Shown one piece after another: positions 1 through 10,063 of a stretch of 64,000 nucleotides of DNA. The notes below the pieces were generated by a model that saw nothing but the letters and a program-made list of their open reading frames with translations, was not told the DNA's origin and searched no databases. The stretch lies in assembly GCA_003569365.1 (NCBI GenBank), contig BGOS01000017.1, positions 838-64,837 of the forward strand, written 5' to 3'. Numbering within the stretch: the first letter of the stretch is position 1; every line of letters begins with the position of its first letter. The stretch is from Anaerolineaceae bacterium (lineage in GTDB: Bacteria > Chloroflexota > Anaerolineae > Anaerolineales > UBA11657). Made by a program: the position numbers and the translations under genes.

Positions 1-182
1 GGTACTAACCGAGAGGCGGGCGGAGGTGTTGCCTTCACCTAAATTGCTAAGGTCCGATCCTCGCGACCTAGTTGGTGTGAGAGGTCGAGCAGTTGGCTGG
101 TCAAATCAGTGGCGCAGATTTTTTCACAGGGAATCAAGCGCGGAGATATTTAGTTGCCGGCAGCCGGATGCCCGCTGCAACA

Positions 183-493
183 CATGGTCCGTCGATGCAC
201 GCTGCGGCTTTGGGCGCTGAGCCGATCCCGGATCTGGAGTTCGGCCAGTCCCTGAATTGGTGACCCCGCACCGCTGAAGCAATAGTACTTGAGACGAAGC
301 GTGTAAGGGTGCCTGCCAGTGTCTGGCGGAGAGTAACTGTACTTGAAGCTGCGGGTGCTGGTGGAGTAGCGGCGATGGAGCGCGTGCAATTTTCTGTGAT
401 AATACTCTGCTATAGCTGAAGAAGCGGGATGATCTGTGTTGGGAAAGCGGGCGCAGTTATGAGAAAAATGTGTTCTGACTAGAGCGGTGTGGT
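183..493. repeat. R1, left copy of a ~310-nt inverted-repeat pair (partner at 4869-5186)
   Basis: The reverse complement aligns end to end with 4869-5186. GATCTGTGTTGGGAAAGCGGGCGC (431-454) is the exact rc of 4908-4931, and AGCGGTGTGGT (483-493) is the rc of 4869-4879. The outer end 183-202 matches the rc of 5167-5186 at 18/20. Overall identity is roughly three quarters by eye. Confidence 0.85.
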
Positions 494-708
494 GCCGCAT
501 TCTTTCAATGAAGTGGAGGGTAGCCTTGAATTTCCTATCCATCACTTTCTCGCACGAACATTGCCACATTCTTGGGTACCGTTTTGTCGGTGGACGACCG
601 ATCGTGGTTGGAGGTGAACCCGAGGCCACACAAAAAGAGATCTGCTGGTCAAACCCTAGACGCTCTACCTTCCAGTCGCCGGGCCAAGAGGCGTCCCAGA
701 AACGAGGG

Positions 709-1473
709 TCACAGGCAAGTAAAACCCCCGTCAACGACTACGTCCGAACCGGTAGTATAACTCGAGGCATCGCAAGCCAAATAGACCAAGGCTGGCATTA
801 GTTCGGTTGGCATTCCCATGCGCTTCATCGGTGTTGAAGCTTCCCAGGTGGGAATCCATTGCACCGCTGCCCGGGTCATTTCTGTTCCGATGTACCCCGG
901 GCTCAGAGAGTTCACCCGCACGCCAAAGGGTGCCCACTCGACCGCCAGAGACTTTGTGAGCTGCAGCACCCCCGCCTTTGAGGCGTTGTACGAAGATTGG
1001 GGTTGGGGAGCGTTGACAATGTGGCCCGACATCGAGGCCATGTTGATGACGGAACCCTTGCGATTCTTGAGCATCACCCGTCCAGCAGCCTGGGCCGTAA
1101 GAAACACGCCAGTCAAGTTGATGTCGATCACTCTTTTCCAATCCTCAAACGTGATCTTTTCAGCCGCCTCGTTGTGGCATATTCCGGCATTGTTAAACGC
1201 GATGTCGACCGTGCCAAACTCATCGAGAATCTGTTCAATCATCCGGTCTACCTCGCGCGGGTCGGTAACGTCGCAATTGATGCCTAAGGCCCGCCTGCCA
1301 ACGGCCTCGATGGCCCGAACGGTATCTTTCAGCCGCTCCTGGTTTCGATCGACAACAGCCACATCAGCCCCGGCCTCAGCGAGGGTCAGGGCCGCCATCT
1401 GACCGATTCCCTGAGCAGCCCCCGTTACAAAGGCCTTCTTCCCCGAGAGAGAGAACATTTCTACAATACGCAC
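709..1473 (-). CDS. Short-chain dehydrogenase/reductase (SDR)
   Basis: 254-aa ORF with the TGxxxGxG motif (FVTGAAQGIGQ) and catalytic YxxxK (YNASK). GGAGGAGG lies 7 nt upstream of the GTG start. Confidence 0.9.
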   Translation of the reverse strand: MRIVEMFSLSGKKAFVTGAAQGIGQMAALTLAEAGADVAVVDRNQERLKDTVRAIEAVGRRALGINCDVTDPREVDRMIEQILDEFGTVDIAFNNAGICHNEAAEKITFEDWKRVIDINLTGVFLTAQAAGRVMLKNRKGSVINMASMSGHIVNAPQPQSSYNASKAGVLQLTKSLAVEWAPFGVRVNSLSPGYIGTEMTRAAVQWIPTWEASTPMKRMGMPTELMPALVYLACDASSYTTGSDVVVDGGFTCL

Positions 1474-1513
1474 AACTTTACCTCCTCCAAAATTAGCGAC
1501 TGACTCGCCTGTA

Positions 1514-2311
1514 TCAGCCCTTTACGGCACCGAGTGTAAGGCCCTTCACTAAGGATTTCTGCGTAATCCAGCCCAAAACGATGGCCGGCAGAATTGCTAT
1601 TGTCGACGAGGCAGACAACTGGGCTATGAACATCCCCTGCTGCTCCCGGAAACGCGACATATAGACCGGAAGTGTAGCGGTATCATTTCCTGTAAGATTA
1701 AACCCCAAAAAAAACTCGTTCCAGATGAAAACCGCGACCAACAAACAGGCCGAAATGATTCCGGTGCGCACCAAGGGGACGGCAATGTGCATCATCTGCT
1801 GGAAGCGGGTGCAGCCATCTATTTCCGAGGCCTCCATGATTTCGGTGGGAATGTCGGCGAAAAACGAATAAAGCATCCACACCACGATGGGCACATGAAA
1901 ACCAACATAGGCCATCAAGAGGCCCAACGGGGTGGTGTTGAGCTGCCAGGCGTGGAACCAGGTGTAGAGAGGAATCAGGACCGCTACCGGAGGGAGCAGG
2001 ATTGTCGTTAGGAACCACATGTAGATCTTGTCGCGCGTTCCCTTCTTGCGAAAATTACCGAAGGCCAAGGCGAAGGCTGCTGGAAGGCCAAGCAGCAGGC
2101 AAAGCACGGAACTTGCCAGAACCTGGAAGATTGAGTTTCCAAGATAAGTGTAGAGACTCGCATCACTGAGAACTGACTTGTAGGTCTCCAGCGTGGGCGT
2201 GAACACAAAACTCGGGCTCACCGCCTGGTATTCCGTCTTGAAACCGGAAAGCAACATGTAAAGGATGGGCGAGAAATAGAGGATGGCAAGAGTATAGATC
2301 GTCACGGTCAC
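1514..2311 (-). CDS. Carbohydrate ABC transporter permease (MalG-like, CUT1)
   Basis: 265-aa multi-TM ORF with an EAA-loop motif (EASEIDGCTRFQQMMHIAVPLVRTG). An ATG at 2379 with a GGGAGA SD sits in another frame. The true start is probably 2379, with a 1-nt homopolymer indel between 2312 and 2376. Confidence 0.85.
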   Translation of the reverse strand: MTVTIYTLAILYFSPILYMLLSGFKTEYQAVSPSFVFTPTLETYKSVLSDASLYTYLGNSIFQVLASSVLCLLLGLPAAFALAFGNFRKKGTRDKIYMWFLTTILLPPVAVLIPLYTWFHAWQLNTTPLGLLMAYVGFHVPIVVWMLYSFFADIPTEIMEASEIDGCTRFQQMMHIAVPLVRTGIISACLLVAVFIWNEFFLGFNLTGNDTATLPVYMSRFREQQGMFIAQLSASSTIAILPAIVLGWITQKSLVKGLTLGAVKG

Positions 2312-2401
2312 ACGACGGTCTTGGTGGCTTTCCTGGCTCGGGCTGTAGGCTGAAGCAAAAGGGTCGGATTTAATCTCATGGTGGTTCTCCCTTGCCCTTC
2401 T

Positions 2402-3296
2402 TCAGAGATTGTTCTTTTTCATCGACTTGGAAACAAAGTTCACTGCGATCAAGGTCAGGACCACGGTCATTGTCGCTAGAGCTCCGGCCCTTCCCACATT
2501 GGAAGCGCTGAAAATCTGCATGTAAACTTGGTAGGGCAAGGTGTACGACCGGGTTCCCGGGCCGCCGGCCGTCGTGACAAGAATGAGTCCAAACTCCTTC
2601 ACGATGAAGACCAATCCCAGCATAACCGCTACCCGGATGTGGTTCATAATCAGCGGCAGCTTCACCCAAAAAGTGGATTGCCACCACTTGAGCCCGTCGA
2701 TGCGCATGCTGTCGACCAATTCCCCAGAAATCCCTTGGAGCCCCGCGAGCATGATGAGCACAAAAAAGGGAATCCACTGCCAGCAAAAAAGGAAAATGAT
2801 CACAGGCAAGGGGTAGTAACTCAGCAAATCGACGGGAGCCAGCCCCACCGCCTTCGCCAGAACACCATACCATCCAAAAGTCGTGTTGAGGATGGTTTTC
2901 TTCCAAATCACCCCGGTAACCGTCGACATTACGAAGAAAGGACCCATGATAAGGGTGCGAGCAATATTGACTCCAGGAATTGGGTGATCGAGCAAAATAG
3001 AAAAAAGAAAGCCGATCACGGTGCAAATCACGAGCGCCACGACCGTTACGGTGATCGTTTGCAAGACGATGCTGTAAAACTCGGGCACCGCAGTAAAGTC
3101 GGAAATTTTAAGAAAGAACAGATAATTGTCGATTCCTGAAAAACAATCGGTATATCGGGCCGGGCAAGGTTCCACCTTAAAGTGGATACAAGACGGTCAG
3201 CAAAAAAGGGATTTGCGTCATCACCGCAACCACAAAAATTGCGGGCAAGATGAACAGCCAGTCGTTCTTCTTTTTAGAGGTCTCGCTCCTTTCCAT
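2402..3296 (-). CDS. Carbohydrate ABC transporter permease (MalF-like, CUT1), with two frame breaks
   Basis: The main ORF is 2402-3175, with EAA loop DSMRIDGLKWWQSTFWVKLPLI. The N-terminus MERSETSKKKNDWLFILPAIFVV... starts at ATG 3296 in another frame. Adding one A to the runs at 3178-3180 and 3138-3142 restores ...LYPLLRWNLARPDIPIVFSGIDNYLFF..., which is typical of the family. Confidence 0.8.
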
Positions 3297-3307
3297 CTAG
3301 ACCCCAA

Positions 3308-3346
3308 AAGCCCAGAGTTTTCTGCAAGAGCAGAAACTCCGGGCTT
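3308..3346 (-). terminator. Intercistronic stem-loop between the SBP and permease genes (partial terminator or mRNA stabiliser)
   Basis: The arms 3308-3325 and 3330-3346 pair over 17 bp with one mismatch and one bulged T, around the loop AAGA. In the mRNA sense the stem is followed by UUUUGGGG. It lies between the SBP stop (3357) and the permease ATG (3296). Confidence 0.5.
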
Positions 3347-3356
3347 CGGAAACAGG

Positions 3357-4757
3357 CTACTTGCGGTAGCCTCCGTCGAGAGCTACCTGATTGAAGACAT
3401 CGTTTGTCTTCTTGATGGCCTCGTCGAGCGTGATCTTGTCGACAACGTAATCGGCAAGGTACTGGGTCATTTGTGTGCCGGCATCGGCAAACTCAGGAAT
3501 GGCTATGTACTGCAGACCAACATAGGGCACGGGGTCAATGGTCGGCTTGGTGAAGTCCATGGCCTTGAGCGCCTTGACGGTCATCGCCGCATAGGGAGTC
3601 TTGGAGTAAGCTGGCAAAGCATAGGTTGAGGTGCGCGCGGCAGGCGGCGTGCTCGAGGCCGGTGGGGTCAAGGTCTACCGACATCTTGGCGTATTCCTTC
3701 GAGGTGGCCCAAACCATGAAGTCGAAGGTGGCCTTCTTTTTGGCATCGCTGCTCTTGGGATTGATTCCCATAGCCCAGTTCCACAGCCAGGAAGTGTTGG
3801 TGGTCATCTTCTGGTGAGGAGCCATGGCATAGCCTACTTTGCCTGAACCTTGGACTCAGCGCCTTCCAGCGCGGGGGCAATGGAGGTGGCGTCATAGTAG
3901 ATTCCCGCTTTTCCGGACTGCATGAGGGCAATACACTCGTTGTAGGTGTAGGAAAGGATGTCTGGCTGGCCAGCATCGCGAAGAATATTTTTGTACATGG
4001 CCCAAGCGGCCCTTTGTTCGGGGGTATCAACCGTGGCGTTCCAATTCATGTCGTAGAACTTGCCGCCAAAGGCATTGACGATGGTTACGAAAGGAGCTCC
4101 GCTCATTCCCCAGCCGGGAGCGCCGCGCATGGTCATGCCTACGATGCCGTTGGCAGGATCATTGATCTTCTTGGCCAGTTCGTAGATCTGGTCCCATGTT
4201 GGTTCGTCGGGCATGGTGAGGCCCTTTGCAGCGAACAAATCCTTGTTGTACATGATGAACGAGCTCTCACCATAGAACGGGAGGGCAAACGACTGTCCAT
4301 CAACAGCCAGCGACCCCACCATTCCCTGAATCAAGTCAGGCCGATCATAGGCAGTCAGCTCGCCCGCGGGCATTGCCTTAAAGTAGGGTTCCAAGTTTTC
4401 CAGCCAGCCATTCTTGGCCCAGGAGGCAGCCTCATAGGGCCCGATGAAAAACATGTCGTAGCTCGTCCCGCCAGTCGACGCTTCAGTGGTCAACTTTTGG
4501 CGAAGGTCGTTTTCCGGTAGAACTGCAATGTTGACGGTTACTCCAGCTGCCTTGTACTTTTCCTTGGCAAGCTTGCTCAAAGCTTGGGAAATCGGGTTGT
4601 TCGCCAAAGCAATGTTGATGGTCTGGGCGGGCGCTTCGGCTGCAGGAACAGCCGCAGCCGGTTCAGCAGCAGGTGCTGGCGCGGGACTGGCACAGGCAGC
4701 CAGCACCAGCGCAGTAATGACTGCCCCCATCATTGTGGACCACAATTTCTTTTTCAT
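3357..4757 (-). CDS. Extracellular solute-binding lipoprotein (sugar ABC, family 1), with two frame breaks
   Basis: Three consecutive ORF pieces (3834-4757, 3535-3825, 3357-3671) read as one SBP. It has a signal peptide with lipobox (LVLAACAS) and an Ala/Pro linker. The breaks lie near 3850 (TT run) and 3664-3667 (G run). AAGGAGA SD lies upstream of ATG 4757. Confidence 0.8.
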
Positions 4758-4868
4758 TATTGTTATCTCCTTCGTATCAAAATCAACTCCAAAACAATCG
4801 ACACTGGGAACCGCTCAGGTGGCTATATCTGTGCTACTTTTCTCTTTTTCCCCTTCTACAATTACTAG

Positions 4869-5186
4869 ACCACACCGCTTTTTTCAAAGCCCGATTTTCT
4901 GGCAACCGCGCCCGCTTTCCCAACACAGATCGTCAGGCTCCTTCAGCTATGCCAAAACTTTACCACAGAAAATATCCCGCGCTCCGTCGCCTTCACTCCA
5001 CCAGCACCCCGCAGCCCCAAGCACTAGCTGCTCGCCGCCAGAACCTATCGCGCACTCTTACACGCGGCGGCGCAAGCACTATTACTTCTGCGATGCGATG
5101 CGGTGTCACCAACCCAAAGTTTGGCCGAACTCCAGGTCAGGGTTTGGCTCAGGGCCCACGTCCGCCGCGTGCATCAACGGATCATG
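4869..5186. repeat. R2, right copy of the inverted-repeat pair (partner at 183-493)
   Basis: See R1. The inner ends of both copies face the 4.4-kb cassette. Confidence 0.85.
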
Positions 5187-5236
5187 GTTTGATTCACAAT
5201 CCAAGTCTGCCGTCTGGTCAAACTCCAGCTCAGTAA

Positions 5237-5720
5237 TTGCCTCGAATTCGGTATCTGGTGACAAATGGCAATCCCTTAGCACCGCGCACGCCTGAGGAAT
5301 TCGAGCAGTTGCCCGATGTAGCGGATACAATTCAAAAGCTAAAAGATGCGGGGTATCTTGTAGTTGCGGTCTTGAACCAGCCGCCTATTGGAAATGACCG
5401 GGTCAGTAGAACGCTTGTAGATCAGATGCATGCGCAGTTGAATGCCTTGCTGCCTGTAGATAACATGTAAGTCTGTCCGCACAATTACCGACCATGAGTA
5501 TCCGCCAACTGTGTGGGCTGCCGGTGATGTTGTGCAGGAACATGTGCGGATTAGCGCTAAAAAACTGCAATCGGGCAGCTAGGCAGTGAGGCTGGCAATA
5601 TAGGCGCCGGTGCTCCAGATGCGCGCAGCCGTCGAAGCCACGCTTGGCTTTGTGGTTGACAACCGCGCGCTACTGGTTGGATTTCAACTGACGCCGTAGT
5701 GAAGCGCAGCCGGTATTTTG
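5237..5720 (+). pseudogene. HAD-IIIA phosphatase (GmhB/histidinol-phosphatase-like) pseudogene
   Basis: The 77-aa ORF ...EEFEQLPDVADTIQKLKDAGYLVVAVLNQPPIGNDRV...LLPVDNM resembles the GmhB core. An in-frame TAA sits where IYYCPH has Tyr (VDNM*VCPH). Downstream, the C-x-CRKP-PGML and GD...AG remnants are spread over different frames with further stops. Confidence 0.55.
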
Positions 5721-5823
5721 TGCACCGGCGCAGTGGGTAATGGCTGAAGGGTGCAACAGGCCCCGATAGCACTGTCAGCATAACTCGCTGCCCACATGCA
5801 GCCCATCACACGCGCCGCAGGTT

Positions 5824-7727
5824 TTATTCCACTAACACCCGCAGCGGCAGAATAAAGTGGTCCACCGCCGTCCCGCTGCCAACCTGCCCGGCCAACCGCA
5901 TCCCGGAATCGCGCTCGTACATGCCAATCTCTAAACGGTACACACCAACCGGCATGTCCGCCGGCAAAGCAATGCTGTGCGTGTCAATCAGCGTCTCGCC
6001 CGGCTGCCAGCTGTTTGTGGGGCAGCTGCCATTGCGCGGAATGCCATCGCCATCCAGTAAGTCAAACCATCTGGCGCAAGCAGATGCACAAACACAGTGT
6101 ACGAGTTGGCAATCGGCGCGCGCGCAAGCCAGAAGAGCGTGAGCTGCAGCTGGCCGCCGCGCTGCACAGCAGAACGCGCCAGCCGAAAACCCGTCAGCGA
6201 GATATCAGATCCGAAGTCCACGCGGTATGGTTGTTGCGCAGCCAGTGAGCCCGCCGGTGTGTCGAAGGTCTGCACGCGAAACCCGGCCACAAACTGGTCG
6301 TCTGTCTTTTCACAACATGCCTGCAGCCATTCGCCCGCAAAGCCTTGCGGGTCGTACAGCGCGCTGGGCGCAAAGAAGAACCGGACGTGCGCATAAGAAT
6401 CGCGCAGTTGTGCCAACTGCGCTGCGGCTGCGGCCCCGCCAATTTCTGCCAGCGGTGCCGCCGGCACGGCCTCCACCGGCATCGGCGCCCGGTAGTAATA
6501 ATAAAATGCCGGGTCCGGCAGGTTGAGCGCAACCACCTCATCCGCCCGCGCAGTCCGGACAAGATAGTCACTCACTGCGCGCCAATCCGGACTCTTGCTG
6601 TAGCGCGGGTTGAAGTAATAGTTGGAGAGTGACAATAATGAGATGGCGATGAAAGTTGTGTATGCAAAACTGCGGCCGGCTTTTCCCCACCAGCCCGCGG
6701 CCGCCAGCCCGCTCAGGCCGGCTGCCGCAAGCAGGCACACGCCGGGCAGGGCCACCAGCGCGTATTGCTCTGTAAACACCGGGCGGTAGAACGAAAGCAA
6801 CCACAACCACAGCGGCGTGCCCACGGCCAGCGCCAACACCCACGCCGCAGCCCGCAGCGCGCGCCGCAGCAAAAGCACACTGCCCCAAATGAGCAGCGCA
6901 GCCAGCACCAGCGCGCCAATGGCCTGATTCATCGGTGACGCACCGGCGCTCGCTTGCCCGGCACTGAAGACCGTCAGTAAGCGCCACAACACTTCCATGC
7001 TGCCTGCGGCACTGATCCAGCTTTTGGAGTGACCAACCAAGAGCGGCGCAACATATGCGAGCCACGGAAGTTGGGCAAGTGTGATGCCGGCACTCATCCC
7101 AAATGCAGCGCGCCAACGTGCGCGCGTGTGCGCCGCAACAATCAGTGCCAGCAAAATGGAGGCGAGCGCCAGCGCCGCAAAATAGTGCGCGAAAAGCGCC
7201 AGCCACCACAAGCAGCCCGCCCACACCCAAAGCTGCCAATCCCGCTTTTGCGCAGCGCGCCATGTAAGCCACGCCGCTCCCAACACCAGCGCCGCCAGCA
7301 GCGAGTAAACGCGTGCATCCTGTGCATACCAAACAAGAAATGGATTGAAAGCCGCCAGCACAGCCGCACCAGCTGCCGCCGGCTTGCCAAGCCACGCCCG
7401 GCCCAGGCGGTAGGTCAACGCCACCAGCACTGCACCAGCCAAAACCGATGGCCAGCGCAACGCCAGTTCACTGCTGCCGGCAATTGCAATCCAACCCTTC
7501 AGTGCCACAAAATATAGCGGCGGGTTGGGCTCGGATTGCAGCATGAGCGCCACCATCTCGCGTACGGGTTTGGCGGCCAGCGCCACGCTGAACCCCTCAT
7601 CGCCGCGCAACGCCGGGCGCCCCACCGCAAACGCCCGCAAACCAAAGGCCAGCGCCAGAATCCCAACCGGCAACAGCCCGGCAGCGTTGCCACGCTGCGT
7701 GCTGGAAGAATGTTTTGAGGCAGTCAT
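5824..7727 (-). CDS. Glycosyltransferase family 39 (PMT_2/ArnT-like) membrane protein, with one frame break
   Basis: Multi-TM N-terminal region (...RGDEGFSVALA...NPPLYF...FNPFLVWYAQDARVYSL...). The C-terminal part continues in another frame as ...GDGIPRNGSCPTNSWQPGETLIDTHSIALPADMPVGVYRLEIGMYE... down to the stop at 5824. The break is near the A run at 6064-6066. The start is taken as MTASKH at 7727. Confidence 0.75.
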
Positions 7728-7961
7728 TATTGGAGCAATTGAAGCCGCAGCATGTTGTCGTTGGAAATTCCGCTGCGCATGAGTTTCGTTAGGTGCTGGA
7801 AAAAGTCCACCGTGCTTTGGCTTTGGCCACCAAGCAATGCGCGTTGCAGCTTGCAAGCGCGGCCAGATTTTGGTGCCAGCAACTTGCGCTCCAGCCTAAG
7901 CCAGTTGGCATTGCGGACAGGGTATCCGCCGCTTTCAGCCACACCAGCCAGATTGCGCACT

Positions 7962-10000
7962 TTACATGCAGTCACGCGCAACGCTGAAGTTCCACTGCTT
8001 GCGAAACACGGATTGACCGCCCTCAAATGCCTGCAGCGTATTGCTGGCATGAAAGTGCGTCGCGTCACTGGTGAGCGAGCTTTGCGTTTCGATGCGCGTT
8101 TGCCACTCGCCGCGCGCAAACTCCATCTGCCACTCGGTGGTGCGGCGTGCCGAAAGCGGATCGCCCTCAGTGATTTCAAAGCGCTCGGTGCACACTTCAT
8201 CTGTCAACAAGGCGCTGCGCGTTTGCAGCACGCGGCCTTCGTCTGTGCAGTCCACCAGCAAATATGTGCCGGCTGCGGCATCGTGCTGCAGCGTGCGCGT
8301 GTGCAGTGCCGGGCGCAGCCAGCTTTGCGCCAGCGGCGGCGCACACTCCGCCGGTTCAAACGGCGCCAGCGCGGCATCGCGCGGGTGCGCGGCGCGCAGC
8401 GGCAGCCGCAGCCACGTGTCATCGCCAGTGAACACCGTCAGCGTAACGGGCACGGGCGACGGCCACGCCATCAGCGCGTAAGTGGGCGAGAGCGCCAGCC
8501 GCCAGTGGTGGCCGGCCGGCAGCGCGTGCGCACAGGCGCTCAGCTGCAGCCGCACGCTATAACGCTGCCCGGGCTGCAGTGCCTCCGGCTGCAAGTGGCT
8601 GCTGCGATGCGCCAAATTCAACTGGCCCGAACTCACCAGCAGCGACGCGCCATCCGGCGCCACCGCACACAAGCGCGCAGCCAGCAGCGCTTGCGGCTGG
8701 TCTGCGGCCAGCTCCACGCTGAGCTCCGGATACCCCAGTATTTCCGTGCGTTCGCGCACTGGTTCGCTGTTGAAGCACAAGCTTTGGCCGTCGGTGGCGC
8801 GCTGGTCGGCGGGCAGGTCGCCGGCGTTGCCCATGGGAAAGAACACACCCGCATCCAGCCCGGTGCTTTGCAGGCCACGAATGCGCAAAGCGGCCACAGC
8901 CACCGGGCTGGCAGCCAGCGTTGCAGCGGGCTGCGGGTGCAGCTGTAAACCGCTGTGCGCTGCGCCGGCCATTCATCCTCCGCCACCCAGCGCCCCAAAC
9001 GATTTTCCAGATGCGTGCACGGCTCGATGCTTTCTTGCATCCACACGCGCACCCGCGGCTCGGCCATGATGCCGGTGTCTTTGCCCTTCAACCAATGGTC
9101 CCACCAGCGCAGGCACTCTTGCATAAAGCCAATCTGCGGGCCGGGCACGGCGCGCATCGCATACTCATGCGGCCACGGGCCAATCAGCGCCTTGCTTGGT
9201 GCGCGCAGCGCCGCCAGCAGCCGCAGCACGGTGTTGCTGTAGCCGTCAGCCCAGCCGCCCACCAGATAAACCGGGCACTCGATGGCTGCGGGGTCCTCGC
9301 ACACGGAGCCGTGCTGCCAATACGCGTCGCGCCGTTGGTGCGTCAGCCACGCTTCAATGTATGGCGGTGTGTGCTCCAATCGATCCAGCCACATGCTGCG
9401 CCAGCGCTCACCCACCAGCCGCGGGTCCGGCGGGCGGGCGTTGTATGCCAGCATCGTGGCTGCCCAGCCCGGCATGTCGGCCGTCATCAGGCAGCCGCCA
9501 CGGTAGTGCACATCATCTGCGTAGCGGTCATCGGTGGAGGCAACGCTGATCACCGCGCGCAGTTGCGGCGGCCGGCGCGCAGCAATCTGCAGCCCGTTGA
9601 AGCCGCCCCATGATTTGCCAAAGATGCCAACCGCACCCGTGCACCAGGGCTGCGCCGCCAGCCACGCCAGCACCGCCAGCCCGTCATCCTGCTCCTGCAG
9701 CAAATACTCGTCCAGCATGATGCCATCCGAGTCGCCGCTGCCGCGCATGTCCACGCGCACGGCCGCATAGCCGTGCCCCGCAAAGTAGGGTTGGTAGAGC
9801 GCATCGCGCACCGCCGTGCCGTCATTCTTCCGGTACGGGATGTATTCCAAAATTGCGGGCACCGGATTGCTTTCCGCGTCCAGCGGCAGCCAGATGCGCG
9901 CAGCCAGCTGCGTGCCATCCGGCAGCGCAATAAAAATACTCTCAATCTCGCGCACCGCACGTGGAAACTCAGTGCGCACTTGCATCAAAGATTTCGCCAT
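7962..10000 (-). CDS. CocE/NonD family hydrolase (X-Pro dipeptidyl-peptidase S15-like), with one frame break
   Basis: ORFs 8633-10000 and 7962-8972 join into one protein of about 680 aa. It has an alpha/beta-hydrolase N-domain with nucleophile elbow GKSWGG and a C-terminal beta-sandwich part. The break is at the A run 8947-8949. Confidence 0.8.
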
Positions 10001-10063
10001 AATGCTGCGGCAATTCTAACCGCGCTGCAACAGCTGCAAACTTGCCTGCGGTAAAATGAGCGC

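Noticed and set aside
1-182. A possible partial gene at the left window edge (ORF 26-220).
   Set aside because: All three forward frames contain stops within 180 nt, and the translations have no recognisable motif. The sequence is too short to call.
183-493. I tried to assign the repeat to known RNAs: TPP, cobalamin, FMN and yybP-ykoY riboswitches, RNase P, SRP, tmRNA, group II intron domain V, and TnpB/IscB omega-RNA.
   Set aside because: There were only short chance resemblances, for example GGUGGAGUAGC versus the Mn-riboswitch GGGGAGUAGC, and these are not conserved in the second copy. No tnpB or iscB gene is adjacent. The element is left unassigned.
150-734. ORFs 150-734(-) and 4733-5236(+) run through the two repeat copies and share peptide strings (ARFPNTD, YHRK, HSTST). 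The opposite strand gives ...EPxPDLEFGQxLxW-stop in both copies.
   Set aside because: The shared peptides simply reflect nucleotide identity of the repeats. Similarity stops at the repeat borders, the composition is not protein-like, and after the shared stop one copy stays open while the other is full of stops. This gives no evidence for a real gene.
5190-5240. The HAD gene being truncated by insertion of the repeat-flanked block, with its 5' part left of R1.
   Set aside because: The surviving ORF already reaches the region that aligns just after the DxD motif. I found nothing HAD-like in any frame of 1-182. The gene seems to begin just outside R2 rather than being split by it.
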